64,000 bases of DNA. It comes from an uncultured Hormoscilla sp. Its GTDB lineage: Bacteria; Cyanobacteriota; Cyanobacteriia; Cyanobacteriales; Desertifilaceae. This document shows, piece after piece, positions 34,451-50,654 of this stretch. Each line of letters opens with the position of its first letter. The stretch's first letter is position 1. Below the pieces are notes generated by a model. That model made no database searches and was not told where the DNA came from. It worked only from the letters and a program-made list of their open reading frames with translations. Made by a program: the position numbers and the translations under genes. The stretch covers positions 5,536,001 to 5,600,000 of the forward strand of contig OZ001293.3 of NCBI GenBank assembly GCA_963921275.4, read 5' to 3'.

Positions 34451-34965
34451 ATGGCCTGATAATCTCCGGACTTGCCGCCGGTTTTGCTCAAAAGACGAAT
34501 CGATTCAATCTGGATCGACTTTTCCAAGGCTTTGGCCATATCATAGAGAGTCAGGGCGGCCACGGAGACTGCGGTCAGGGCTTCCATTTCCACACCGGTT
34601 TCGGCTTGAGTTTTGACTGTAGCTCGAATCTGATAACCAGGCAACTGGGGGTCTGGGGTCAGCTGCACCTCAATTTTCTGCAGGGGCAGGGGGTGACACA
34701 AGGGAATCAACTGTGCTGTTTGCTTTGCTGCCATAATTCCTGCTATCCTAGCAGTGGCTAACAGATCCCCCTTGGGGGCGTTACCCGATTGTATTGCAGC
34801 CAAGGTTTCTGGCAACATCCGCACCTGACTGGCAGCTACGGCTTGTCGGACAGTCTGGGGCTTGGCGGAAACATCCACCATCTGGGCTTGTCCCTGCTGG
34901 TCCAAATGGCTGAAAAATTTTACCGTTCCGGAAAAATCGGAAAAATTTGTTGGTCTAGTTGTCAT
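34447..34965 (-). CDS. moaC: Cyclic pyranopterin monophosphate synthase
   Basis: [31 protein letters not shown] and K.GGKSG motifs. Confidence 0.95.
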   Translation of the reverse strand: MTTRPTNFSDFSGTVKFFSHLDQQGQAQMVDVSAKPQTVRQAVAASQVRMLPETLAAIQSGNAPKGDLLATARIAGIMAAKQTAQLIPLCHPLPLQKIEVQLTPDPQLPGYQIRATVKTQAETGVEMEALTAVSVAALTLYDMAKALEKSIQIESIRLLSKTGGKSGDYQAI

Positions 34966-35037
34966 TCTGTGAAAATGTGTTAGTATAGTTTAAGTGGAGG
35001 TTAGGGAACACCCAAAACTCCCATTTCATTTGGACAA

Positions 35038-35111
35038 GGGCTTGTAGCTCAGTGGACTAGAGCACGTGGCTACGGACCACGGTGTCGGGGGTTCGAATCC
35101 CTCCTAGCCCG
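35038..35111 (+). tRNA. tRNA-Arg(ACG)
   Basis: Cloverleaf with acceptor GGGCTTG/TAGCCC, anticodon arm CGTGG-CT-ACG-GA-CCACG and T-loop GGTTCGAATCC. CCA is not encoded. Confidence 0.97.
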
Positions 35112-35461
35112 TTTCTCCGGCGATCGTTCGTAGTAAACGCAAAGCGCGTTTGCCGTTCGTAGTAAACGCAAAGCGCGTTTGCCAGGTAATTACTCACAAT
35201 TGACGAAAACCGGTAGTCAAGGAAAGCTAACAGCCGGTGGATGGGTTTCGTGGGTCAACCCAACCTACAGATGAAAACCGGTAGTCAGGGAAAGCTAACA
35301 GCCGATGATTGGATTTTGTGGGCCGACCCAACCTACGGTTGACGCAACAACTGACGTTCTAGCTCTTGGCGCTGTTTGGTCAGGTCTCGTATTTGATCGG
35401 CGCTGATTCGGTCAAAGACCTCGGTAAAAGTTTGTATTACTTGCTCACTAATATCATCCAG

Positions 35462-35809
35462 CCAAAAACAACCAGCACTAACTACCATTTCCCTTTTCGG
35501 CCAGCGTATAAGCCTTATTCCGCTGGTCAATAGTGACGAGGTTTACATAGGTTCGCTTATTCTAACTATCAGCATCTTTCCTATCGCGCAGCGTGGCGCA
35601 GCCATGCGGCATCACTGGCTTAAACTGCCAGCTATCCTACATTTAAGTCCTTGCTTCGCACCACAGCGATATAACTCCGTAGCACTAAGGACCGGTGTTA
35701 CCCCCGCGCCTAGGGAAGGGGAATTTAACCCCCATGATAACCAGAGTTTCTGGCAAATGAAACCAGACAGACTTTCACCGTTACCGATTTACGCCTGAAC
35801 GAATCGCAC
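35462..35809 (-). mobile_element. 5' fragment of a third, divergent group II intron (domain I only)
   Basis: Starts GTGCGATTCGTT and is colinear with families A and B up to the EBS1 stem, where homology stops. Confidence 0.85.
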
Positions 35810-36219
35810 TTTTATTTCTATTCCATATTCACTGTTCTGATAATCTTCCCATACAACCAACTCTTCTGGCACCGGCGATGTTCTTTCCGGAGTCGGATAA
35901 TTCTTTGGTTTCCTGTCAGTGACCGGTTGGGATTTAGGGAGGATACTGACAATTATAGCAAACACAGCCGCCAGCAAAAAGCAGGTTATTGCTATTGCTA
36001 ATAAAGTTTTCACCCATGCCGATGATGCCGAGGATCCAGAACTCCAGGCGCTATGATGACGGTTGGGGACTGCGACCCGTCTATTGCCTCTCGCGGCAAA
36101 CCGCATATAATACAGTCTGGTTCCGAGTTTTCCTGTGGTTGGTGGGGACCGGAGCAATAAGGGTATTGTTTTCCGTCTTTTGGTTTCCCATCGCAGATCC
36201 ATTTACCTTGTGGAATCAA
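35810..36219 (-). pseudogene. Frameshifted membrane-anchored protein (PsbP-like domain start), cut by the intron fragment
   Basis: Cys-rich N-terminus (WICDG..C..CIICG), a TM helix and WEDYQNSEYGIEIK ending at the intron 5' junction. Confidence 0.55.
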
Positions 36220-36290
36220 CTTCCCTCACCTCCCTAGTGTCAGTTATCAGTTATCAGTGCTTTTGCATCTCCTGGTGGGCGGTGCCCACC

Positions 36291-38731
36291 CTACTTCCTC
36301 TGGCTATTCTCTGCACTCACCCCAGAGGGTCAAGGTACAGGGCGGTAAATCCTGGTTGCTTGGTGGCCCTGGCGATCGCCTCCTCTCGATCTCCCCATTT
36401 ATGCTATCTAGTTCCCGATTGTATTGCACAACCTTATTGGATTTTGTGCGATTCGTTCTAGCCTAACGTGGTCAAACACGGAACGCTAGCCCGGTTTCAT
36501 TAGCCGGGAACTCTGACCGCATGGGGGTTAAATTCCCCTCCCCCCAGGTACGGGGGTGACACCGGTCCTCGGTGCTACGAAGCGACATCATCGTGGTGCT
36601 AAGCGAGGACTCAAATGTAGGATAACTGGCAGCCTAAGCCGGTGACGCCGCTAGGAAAGATATCCAAGGTTAGAGCAGGCAAACATGTGCAAGCCTCGTT
36701 ATAAGGAACCAGCGAAATAAGGCTATATGCGCTGGCCTAAAAAGGAAATGGTAGCTAGTATTAGTTTTAGACTCTGGCTAATATAGTACTCAAATAGCTC
36801 CCGGGGTATAGTGTGGACCTAAAGGTATCGCGAAATGTTGTTAGGGAACGAAGTAACCTCTCGTGTGCTGTTCATCAGGACAAGTTAGATGTTAAGCGCA
36901 AGCCACGGGGGCAGGGATGGCCCAAGAAGCGAATGCCCGGGGTAATTCCTGGGATAACATCTACAGTAATGTAGATGATGCTGGGTAGCCAGCGCTGACG
37001 TGGGTCGGTGATACTAGGAAGCTGCTGGAATGAGTAATCCTAAAAAGCCACGGAACTAATCCGAAACGCAAGTGGAGGATAAGGTATGGATAACTGGTAA
37101 AACTGACTTGAAAATGGTGATACTAACGGTTATCAGAACAACCACTCGCTAAACCAGGAAAGGGAAGAAAAGACAGGCGGCAAGGGCTAACAGAAGTAAT
37201 TCCTATTAAGTCTACCTATGAAAAGGGCCTAGTACCTAGTAGCCGGATGCGGTGAAAATCGCAAGTCCGGTTCCGAAAGGGAGGGTCGGGAAGCGATTCC
37301 CGGCTCGACCCCATCCACCTTATATGCTAGGCTATCTTTAGGAATCTGCCTCAGTTTCTCGATCGCCTCAATCCATTTAGCTCTAGCATCGGAAAGTTGG
37401 GGTATATTTTTAGCAGCAGCGGCGATCGCTTCTGCGTTATCCAAGAGTTGCTGTGCATACTTCTCCTTATCCAGATGCCCATTCATTATTCTCCGCTGAC
37501 TCTGGTAATTTGTTAATAAACTCTGGGCCTCTGAGTAGAGTCGGGAACTTCCTGGAATCTTTTGCAACTGGCCGATCGCCTCTTCCATGCGCTTGCGTTC
37601 CCGATATAATTCTGGTAATGTTTGGGCATTCTCAAATAGAGTCCTAGCTGACTCAGCTTGGTCTTTTGCCTTATCGATCGCCTGGCGATCTTTCTCATCC
37701 TCTTCAACCTTTACTGATGGCGAATTATTGCCCAACTGTTCTATCATTGCGGGCACAAATGCCATGGCCGAGACGATCGCAATGCCCAGCCCGATCGCAG
37801 CAGCAATTGTATTAATCCCTACTTTAGAGGTTGTCTGCCCAGGGGTAGGAGGAGGGTTGGTTGATGAACTGGGCGACAAGACGACCGTAGTTCCGGTATT
37901 ATTTTGCAAGGATCTGACAGCTTGCAGAGCCTCGGTTGCTGACTGATAGCGCTGACGGCGATCGCGACGCACCATGCGATCTAATACCTTGGCTACATTA
38001 TCGGAGACCTGCGCTTTCTGCCGCCACATAATTTCATCGATATCCCGGTCTCTTGGCAGCCGTTCGGGCTCCAGACCGGTCAAGGCTTGGAGCCCGAACG
38101 TGCCCACGGCATAGACATCGCTGCTTAAATGGGGGTAACCCTCAATTTGTTCGCTGGGCATATAGCCCGGAGTACCGATCATCACGGTGGGAGACCCCCG
38201 ACCATTAATCCCCCCAGCTGTAACTTGCTTTACCGCCCCAAAATCAATCAACACCAACCTCCGATCTTCATGGCGGCGGATGATATTACTCGGCTTAATG
38301 TCCCGATGCACTACATTGTGACGGTGGACAAATTCTAGCACGGCTAATATTTCCGATACTAGCCCGAGCGCTTGTTCGAATGGCAGCCTGCGATCGGGAA
38401 GCAATTCATCACTCAAAGGATGTCCGTCAATAAATTCTTGAACAATAGAGAACTCGCCCTTTTTCTCAAAATAAGCCAGTAGCCGAGGAATTTGCAAATG
38501 TTCTCCCAGCTTTTCTAAAGTTTCCGCCTCTGTTGTAAACAAGCGTCGGGCCGTCTGCATAATTTCAGGATTGGGGTCAGCAAGGTGTAGTTGCTTAACC
38601 ACGCATTTGGGGTGACCGGGGCGCTTAGTATCTTCTGCTAGATAGGTTTGCCCAAAGCTACCTGAACCCAGGGGGGCCGTGACTCTGTAACGTCCATCTA
38701 AAATTTGTCCGATTTTTCCGGAACGGTTTAT
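36291..38731 (-). pseudogene. Ser/Thr protein kinase interrupted near its 3' end by an antisense intron; start codon apparently lost
   Basis: IGQILDGRY..LGSGSFGQTYLAED..CVVKQL, HRDIKPSN, LIDFGAVK and GTPGY. The frame resumes after the intron (AYKV|KSNKVVQY). The expected ATG reads ATA next to a 15-nt insert. Confidence 0.8.
36446..37316 (+). mobile_element. ORF-less group II intron, family A, copy 3 (871 bp)
   Basis: GTGCG...ACCCCATCC, near-identical to copies 1 and 2. Confidence 0.95.
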
Positions 38732-39088
38732 GGCAGGTTTCCTTGACCAACTGTCGGGCGGGCATCGCCTACCTCATTATACATCACCTGGCAACTATGG
38801 GGTCTCGCTGTAAAAAATATTCAGCCTGTGCCGGTGGTCAATCACCGTCACCCTTAAGATTTCTCGGTTAGGGAGTGAAGAGTAGTAGTATTGCGTAAGG
38901 TGCGTAGCGATCCGCACACGCACGGGTGCGATCGTTTTCCGTCTCGTAACGAAAAAAATCAGTCACCCTTCGGTTCGCACAAAAAGAGAGACACCGACCC
39001 GTAATGCACCGGGTGGGGGCTAAAAAACCCGGCTTTTGTCAGAAACCGGGTTTGCAAGATAGTACAATTGTGAAAAAAGAGGGAGAGT

Positions 39089-39751
39089 TTATCCTTGAAT
39101 AACTGCACTGACAGTCTGACTCCAAGGACCGGGTTCGCCTCGCTTATTCACCCAGCGCAACATATAATAAGCAATTTGACCGGCATGTTCTTCCCCATAG
39201 GAGGCAATGTAAGGGGTCGCTGTATCTATTCTCAAAAACTTTAACTCACTGGGTCCAGTGGGCGCAGATCCTCCTACCTTCACCCAAATTTCACAACCCA
39301 TCACCCCAGATGGTTTCGCCCGACGGTTGGGGGTTTGCTCATCCACAAAACGAATCGAGTGCCGCAGGCGCGAGTTCGCATCCACCCATCCCATAGGTCG
39401 AGTTGTCGGCACAGCAGTTCGGGTGCGAACTGTCTGGGGCACCCGTATTTTCAAGGCTGCCTTGTGGCCATCGGTTACCTTGGGGTTGGCCTGCAATTGC
39501 TTGGTGAGACTGCGCAGAAGTGACTCATAATCCTTGCGAGAATCAATTTTATCCTGGCGGACACTCTCAGCAGCAGCTTGCTTGGCAATATGATCGCTAT
39601 AGGTATTTTGCCACTTACCTTGCTTGTTGGTCAGCATGGTCAAGTTATCTTGGGTCAATCCTAACTCGCTCAGATTAGCAGTCAGGTAGTTGACGAAGTT
39701 GGCTTCCCAGCTTTGGAACTCTGCGTCAGAGCGTGGGATAAAGTCCGTCAT
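39089..39751 (-). CDS. Uncharacterised protein: helical N-terminus with an Ig/FN3-like C-terminal domain
   Basis: MTDFIP.SDAEF N-terminus and C-terminal GCEIW..YYMLRWVNKRGEPGPWS pattern. Confidence 0.75.
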   Translation of the reverse strand: MTDFIPRSDAEFQSWEANFVNYLTANLSELGLTQDNLTMLTNKQGKWQNTYSDHIAKQAAAESVRQDKIDSRKDYESLLRSLTKQLQANPKVTDGHKAALKIRVPQTVRTRTAVPTTRPMGWVDANSRLRHSIRFVDEQTPNRRAKPSGVMGCEIWVKVGGSAPTGPSELKFLRIDTATPYIASYGEEHAGQIAYYMLRWVNKRGEPGPWSQTVSAVIQG

Positions 39752-39861
39752 GATTATCTTATTTTATGTGTTACTGTATCGAATTCTATCAGCACGACAT
39801 CCAATGCGCAATCAAAATTGCTTAAGAGAAAAAAAGTCGAGTAATCCGAACCAGTTGTGCT

Positions 39862-40175
39862 ACTTGCCGAACTCCGGTCGCTACTCAAGGCGCGACAGTC
39901 ACTACTTTCTGAACTCCGGTCGTTACTCAACCCGCACAGTCCACTATCCAACCCGCACAGTCCACTATCCAACCCGCACAGTCCACTATCCAACCCGCAC
40001 AGTCCACTACCAAACCCGCGACAGTCACTATCCAACCCGCGACAGTCACTATCCAACCCGCACAGTCCACTATCCAACCCGCGACAGTCACTATCCAACC
40101 CGCACAGTCCACTATCCAACCCGCACTCGTTCCACTCCCCCAGCACTCGTTCCACTCCCCCAGCACTCGTTCCAC
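39862..40175. repeat. 21-bp tandem array (9 near-perfect units at 39928-40116 with degenerate flanking units, then ~3 x 20-bp units)
   Basis: Units caacccgcacagtccactatc / caacccgcgacagtcactatc, followed by gcactcgttccactccccca repeats. Confidence 0.95.
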
Positions 40176-40536
40176 TATTATGGCCTGACATCCGTTAACT
40201 GATTTGATTTGTGCAGCATATAGCTGGCGATAACAAACCGGGTTTCTCTGAGAAACCCGGTTTGAAGATATTGCAAATTGTTACCGTTCCGGAAAAATCG
40301 GACGATGGGGCGATCGCACTGGCCACCCCACATCCAATACCTCTCGGTTAAGCAGGGGGGCGGGAGATTGCTAGTGCTCCTGCGTCGCACCGCTGCGCTT
40401 TTACGAAGTGCGCGTAGCGCTACGGGGGTCTCTTCAATTGCCCATAAGTTAATCCCTACGTAACCCCCCCTCGCAATGACAACTTATATCCTTAACCGAG
40501 AAGTATTGACCCCACATCAACCCAACTGGCGATCGC

Positions 40537-41478
40537 CTAATCAGCAAGACCAAACCGCTGCAAGAGTTCCTCGCGGGATAATCTCAGCAGTAATGGCATT
40601 AACTCTCCTGATGGTAAAGCCAACAACGGTTGAATAATTGCTGTTATTTCTTCATCTAACTCTCCAAAGCGCACCCCGAGCAAATCTTCTATTATCGCGC
40701 GACGTTCCTGTTGAATTCCTTGTTGAATTCCCTGTTGAATTCCCTGTTGAATTCCCTGTTGAATTCCTTCGCGGAGCGTTTGTTCCCGCTCTTGCTGATA
40801 AAGTGGTTCTAATCGCATAACTAACTCCAGGTCCGATGACTCTAAATTTTGCCTCAGTCGCAAATTTTTCTGCAAGTTATACAGTAACTCCAAGGCTGTT
40901 GACCGCAAGGGGTTGTCTGGAGATAGACTCTCCAATTCATCAATGGCCTGTTTTTGCACCCCTCCTCGTCCCAGCAGCCTCAACCAAAGGGTTTCTTGTG
41001 TGCGGGGTAGCTGATGAATGACCACGATCGCAGTTCTCCCATAAGCTGGCAGAAAGTACATTCCCGGCAACCAGTCAGCATCTTCTTTAGCGCCAAATCC
41101 AGACAATATCCTCTCCGATGCTGTCGGCGTCAGGAGCCATAATATTTGTAAGTCATCCTCAGAAAGTTTGATCTCATTCCGCGCTGCTTCTCGCTTAGCT
41201 TCTGTAATTGCCACTAACAATTTTAGTCTACAAGAGCGGATTTCGTCAACCGTGACTGGATTGCGGAATGACTCAAATAGAGACCGGTTCGCTGCCATCC
41301 GCCCTAATAAACCTAGGTCGCGATGTAGCTCCGCGAGCTTTTCTGGGTTCGGAATGAACCACCCATCTATTTCCAGTACCTCTGATATAATTTCACGGGC
41401 CGCTATGAATTCCCCATATGGTCCTAGAAACCTATCTAAGTAGTCTTTGGCGAATTTGTCGAACAGTAATCTGGTCAT
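40537..41478 (-). CDS. Rpn/DUF4351-like PD-(D/E)xK protein with QQGI repeats
   Basis: D.FAKDYL..EIDGWF..FES.FRN..ETLWLRLLGRG, (QQGI)n and an RFGELD tail. Confidence 0.75.
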   Translation of the reverse strand: MTRLLFDKFAKDYLDRFLGPYGEFIAAREIISEVLEIDGWFIPNPEKLAELHRDLGLLGRMAANRSLFESFRNPVTVDEIRSCRLKLLVAITEAKREAARNEIKLSEDDLQILWLLTPTASERILSGFGAKEDADWLPGMYFLPAYGRTAIVVIHQLPRTQETLWLRLLGRGGVQKQAIDELESLSPDNPLRSTALELLYNLQKNLRLRQNLESSDLELVMRLEPLYQQEREQTLREGIQQGIQQGIQQGIQQGIQQERRAIIEDLLGVRFGELDEEITAIIQPLLALPSGELMPLLLRLSREELLQRFGLAD

Positions 41479-41883
41479 CTTTGCTTGCTCATTTCTCGAA
41501 TGTCGCCTCTTCGGGGCTTCGCGTTATTCAAAACCATCTGCTATTATTATATAGCCCCGATCGCATTAATTGTCATCCCACCCGATTTCTCGGGAGCGGT
41601 TGATGGCCACCGGAGCTGTTAAGGTTGGGTAGATCCTACCCAACCCAACGGGCGATCGCCTAAGACAGCAACTCCAAGGCAGTTGACCGCAAGAGGTTAT
41701 CGTTCGAGAGATTCTCCAAGTCAAAAAATTGATTCATTGTTCTTTGGTCATAGAAAGTACGTTGTCCTGTTGGGGTCGCGCCACAGGTGGAGCGCCTATG
41801 CTATTATTATACTACCCCATCTCAATCTCAGCAACAGTTGATGTTGCCAAGGGCACATTGGGCCCACCCTACGGTAAAAAATT

Positions 41884-42492
41884 ATGTCATACAGCGATTT
41901 TACCCTTGACCAGCTCGAAACGGAATTTAATTTAATTGTTCGGGAACGATCTGTCTTGTTTCCGGATGTCGAACCGGTCCCTCCTAGTGCTTGGTTACAA
42001 GAAACCTTAGCAGAGAATATTCCCTTAGCTTTAGACATTAATACCGAGAAAGCTCGCTCCAAGATGATTGTGACTCCCATCTTAATTGAAATCCGGAAAA
42101 ACTTCAACCGACAGATCGGTTTGTTTTCAGGTCGAGAGTTTAATGTGGACAAAGAGAGAGGACTCAATGGCAGATGTGATTATATTATCAGCCAGTCTCC
42201 CAAACAGTTAAATGTCGCTGCTCCCGTTGCCGTATTAGTGGAAGCCAAAAATGAGAATATCCCATCTGGCATTCCCCAATGTCTGGCAGAAATGGTGGCT
42301 GCACAACTATTCAATCAAAAGAAAAACAACCCCATCCCTTGTATTTACGGCGGCGTGACCACTGGAAGTAACTGGAAGTTTATGAAATTAGTTGAGAATA
42401 CAGCGGCTATTGAAGCGGGAGAACATTTTATCGGCAACATCGAGTCCCTGCTGGGGATTTTAACCCAGATCGTTGAGACAACTCGACCTTGA
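41884..42492 (+). CDS. Conserved cyanobacterial restriction endonuclease-fold protein
   Basis: MSYSDFTL..TEKARS..GLNG.CDY..VEAK..QCLAEM..GVTTG.NW. Confidence 0.75.
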   Translation: MSYSDFTLDQLETEFNLIVRERSVLFPDVEPVPPSAWLQETLAENIPLALDINTEKARSKMIVTPILIEIRKNFNRQIGLFSGREFNVDKERGLNGRCDYIISQSPKQLNVAAPVAVLVEAKNENIPSGIPQCLAEMVAAQLFNQKKNNPIPCIYGGVTTGSNWKFMKLVENTAAIEAGEHFIGNIESLLGILTQIVETTRP

Positions 42493-42568
42493 ACTGGAAG
42501 AGAAGGATGGTAAGCGGTGCCCACCCTACTAAGGACTGGACGAGCTATGAGATGAAGAGCGTTCCGCT

Positions 42569-42930
42569 TCGATGTCTACCGTTCCGGAAAAATCGGGACG
42601 CTAGCTGCTGCGCTAGCGCGAAAACCCCGAAGACATCGATCGCCGGTAGAATCAACTCGGTTTCTGGCCGTCACGCCTGGAGTGGGGAGTCTCGCAGATG
42701 CGATCCTATCGGGACAAGAGCGAAAAAATAGGCGTGGCTTGGGCATCAAACCCTTTCACAGAGCCATTTTTAGGTCGCGATGTCTGATTTTTCCGGAACG
42801 GTGGGGTTTTTGCCATGCATCCCTCAGACATCGTAGGGTCTCCTTGGACGCAGGCGAGCGGGTTTCAGCCATTTAATAGCCTTCTTCGATGTCTACCGTT
42901 CCGGAAAAATCGGGACGTGCGAAAACCCCG
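42569..42930. repeat. Cluster of nested short palindromic elements (CGATGTCT...AGACATCG hairpins carrying 15-nt inserts)
   Basis: Three units start at about 42570, 42778 and 42887. Confidence 0.8.
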
Positions 42931-43211
42931 TATCCCTTGCGGGAGCGCAGCAATACGACACGACGTAAAATCCTCACTCCGTAAGGGTTTGAGCAGCTTT
43001 TTGCCTGAGAAAATTGCTCTTGACCCGCTATGAAAACTTTATTAAGACAGAAGCCATAAAAGTATACCCGTATATAAAATCATTGATTACGTTAAGTGAC
43101 CATAGGATCTCCAGCGTAGCGTGTTGTTGCGCTATGCCCACACCACGGTTTAGGGCTACTAAAGAGCGAACCTAGATCGCCATTGAAGTCACGCGCAATT
43201 ATAGATAGAAC

Positions 43212-48762
<5,551 letters not shown>

Positions 48763-49457
48763 AATAACCTCGCTTCCCGCCACCCCGCCTCACCCTAAAG
48801 GGTGGGGCTACATGAACAAAGCCCGCCTGCGCGGGCTACCGTTCCGGAAAAATCAGGATCTGTGGTAGACTCGTAGCGTGGGCAGTGGATCGTGTCTTAC
48901 CGCTACCGGTGATAGCTAGATCGTTGACCGGTGAAACCGGGTTTCTTTATTTCTTTGATAACACACACGAGAAACTCGGTTTCTGGGGATACTTGACCTA
49001 TGTAGTAGAATGGTTTGGTAGGATTGTAAGTATCCAATGAGGGATGAGCGTCGCTCTTTTTTCATAGGATTCTGTGGTAGACTCGTAGGGTAAGCACTCT
49101 CTGGCGCTTTATCGCTACCGGTGGCAGCTAGTAGGATTATGTGGGCAGCTAGTAGGATTCTGTGGTAGGATATTAAGCGTCTAATAAGGGGCGATCCTTG
49201 TTAAACCGCAAAGTGACAGGTTAATCAGTGTGATATTTAGTGTTTGTTGGTGTAGTTGACAATGGTCTCAGCGCCAGTTTTCCAGAGAATTTCCTTGATG
49301 TTGCTGAAAGTGGTGGCAATTAGTGGAATTATGTGGTAGAATAAGTATCTAACAAAGATGGTTATCCAGAACCAAAAGGACGTTGGACTGGTAGAAAAGG
49401 GCAAAAAGCACAGTGTGATAAAGCTGTTGAAATAGTAAGAAAAATTTTAGAATCCAA

Positions 49458-49730
49458 ATGACTAGCATTCCCAAAGGTTTAGAAGATTGCGATCCCAATC
49501 AGAGGAGTTTTCCTCTTGGCTGGAAGCATGCTTAATTCAGAATGTATTTCAGAGATGATTTAGGAGGGTATGTATGTCCTAATTGTCAAAGAATATTTTG
49601 TGGCCCAAGCGGATTTGATCAACTGAAAGGCGATCACATCCACCCATTTTCAAAAGGAAGATTGACTGTCTGGGAAAATTTCCAACTTTTATGTACTGAA
49701 TGTAACTTAAAAAAAAGTAACAAGACCTAG
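49458..49730 (+). pseudogene. Small HNH endonuclease with an internal stop
   Basis: CPNC..DHIHPFSKG..WENFQLLCTECN. The upstream ATG at 49458 is in frame but followed by a TAA. Confidence 0.7.
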
Positions 49731-50035
49731 TATAAAAAAAGTAACTATAGGTTAATTTTATGCCCTCATATCGAGCGAAAAAAACTCTTTTTGCTTATAT
49801 GAGATGGCACCTTATTGTCATTGGTACAGGACATGGTAAAATTGGTCGTTCAAAAGAGGAGTACGAGTTATGAAGAGTATGATGATTTCTCGCTCCTAGG
49901 CTCTGCCTGGGAGCGTTAGTTGGAGGCAGAGCCTCCTATTCTAGTCACAGGAGGCTCTGCCTCCAAACGACGTTCCCAGCGAGACACTGGGAACGAGCGT
50001 AATTGCCCGATCGCCCACGAATAGGAGTACAAGTC

Positions 50036-50287
50036 ATGAAGAGAATTGCGATCGCATCTGATGATGTTGAGATTCGTTCGCTGTTAGAGCAAGCTAACGA
50101 TGAAGACATTATTTTGCAACTGGTTGATGGCAGAAAATTTATGTTGAGTGCAGTTGATGATTTTGCTATTGAAGTCGCTAGAACTCGCCAAAACCCAAAA
50201 TTGATGGCGTTATTAGATGAACGCGCAAAGCAAACAGAAACAATTCCACTCGCAGAAGTCAAGCAAAGATTAGGTATTATAGACTGA
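50036..50287 (+). CDS. Putative antitoxin-like small protein
   Basis: Acidic 83-aa protein ending TIPLAEVKQRLG, a tail common in type II antitoxins. Confidence 0.55.
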   Translation: MKRIAIASDDVEIRSLLEQANDEDIILQLVDGRKFMLSAVDDFAIEVARTRQNPKLMALLDERAKQTETIPLAEVKQRLGIID

Positions 50288-50336
50288 AACCCAGGGGTCT
50301 TAGTTGGTGGTAGCGGGCGATCAAGCGAGATAATTC

Positions 50337-50555
50337 ATGAATCAGTACAGTATGATTATTGAATGGTCTGATGAAGATCGGCTTTTCCTGGTCACAATTC
50401 CAGAATTTGCCGATCGGGTAATGATGCCTTGCACTCACGGCAAAACTCGTTATCGAGCAATTCAGAACAGCGAAGAAGTGATAGAAATGTATTTGGAGGC
50501 TTGGCAGGCAGAAGGTGAGTCCATCCCAGAACCCAGTACGCTGCAAATTGCCTGA
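50337..50555 (+). CDS. hicB: HicB-family antitoxin
   Basis: YSMIIEWSDED..FLVTIPEF..PCTHGKT..A.....IE.YLE....G..IPEP. Confidence 0.85.
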   Translation: MNQYSMIIEWSDEDRLFLVTIPEFADRVMMPCTHGKTRYRAIQNSEEVIEMYLEAWQAEGESIPEPSTLQIA

Positions 50556-50654
50556 GTCCAATCTCCCTTGTCGAGTGCGTTTTAATCTCATTTTCAGGGT
50601 CTCCCTGGGAATGTTCAGTCCGAAAGGATGTAAAGAAACTTCAGCAGAAAGCCT

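Noticed and set aside
39862..40175. CRISPR array, or several real overlapping proteins
   Set aside because: There are no spacers. Multiple open frames are expected for a stop-free 21-bp repeat, so at most one is likely real.
43055..43095. NtcA box upstream of gltB
   Set aside because: No exact GTA-N8-TAC was found.
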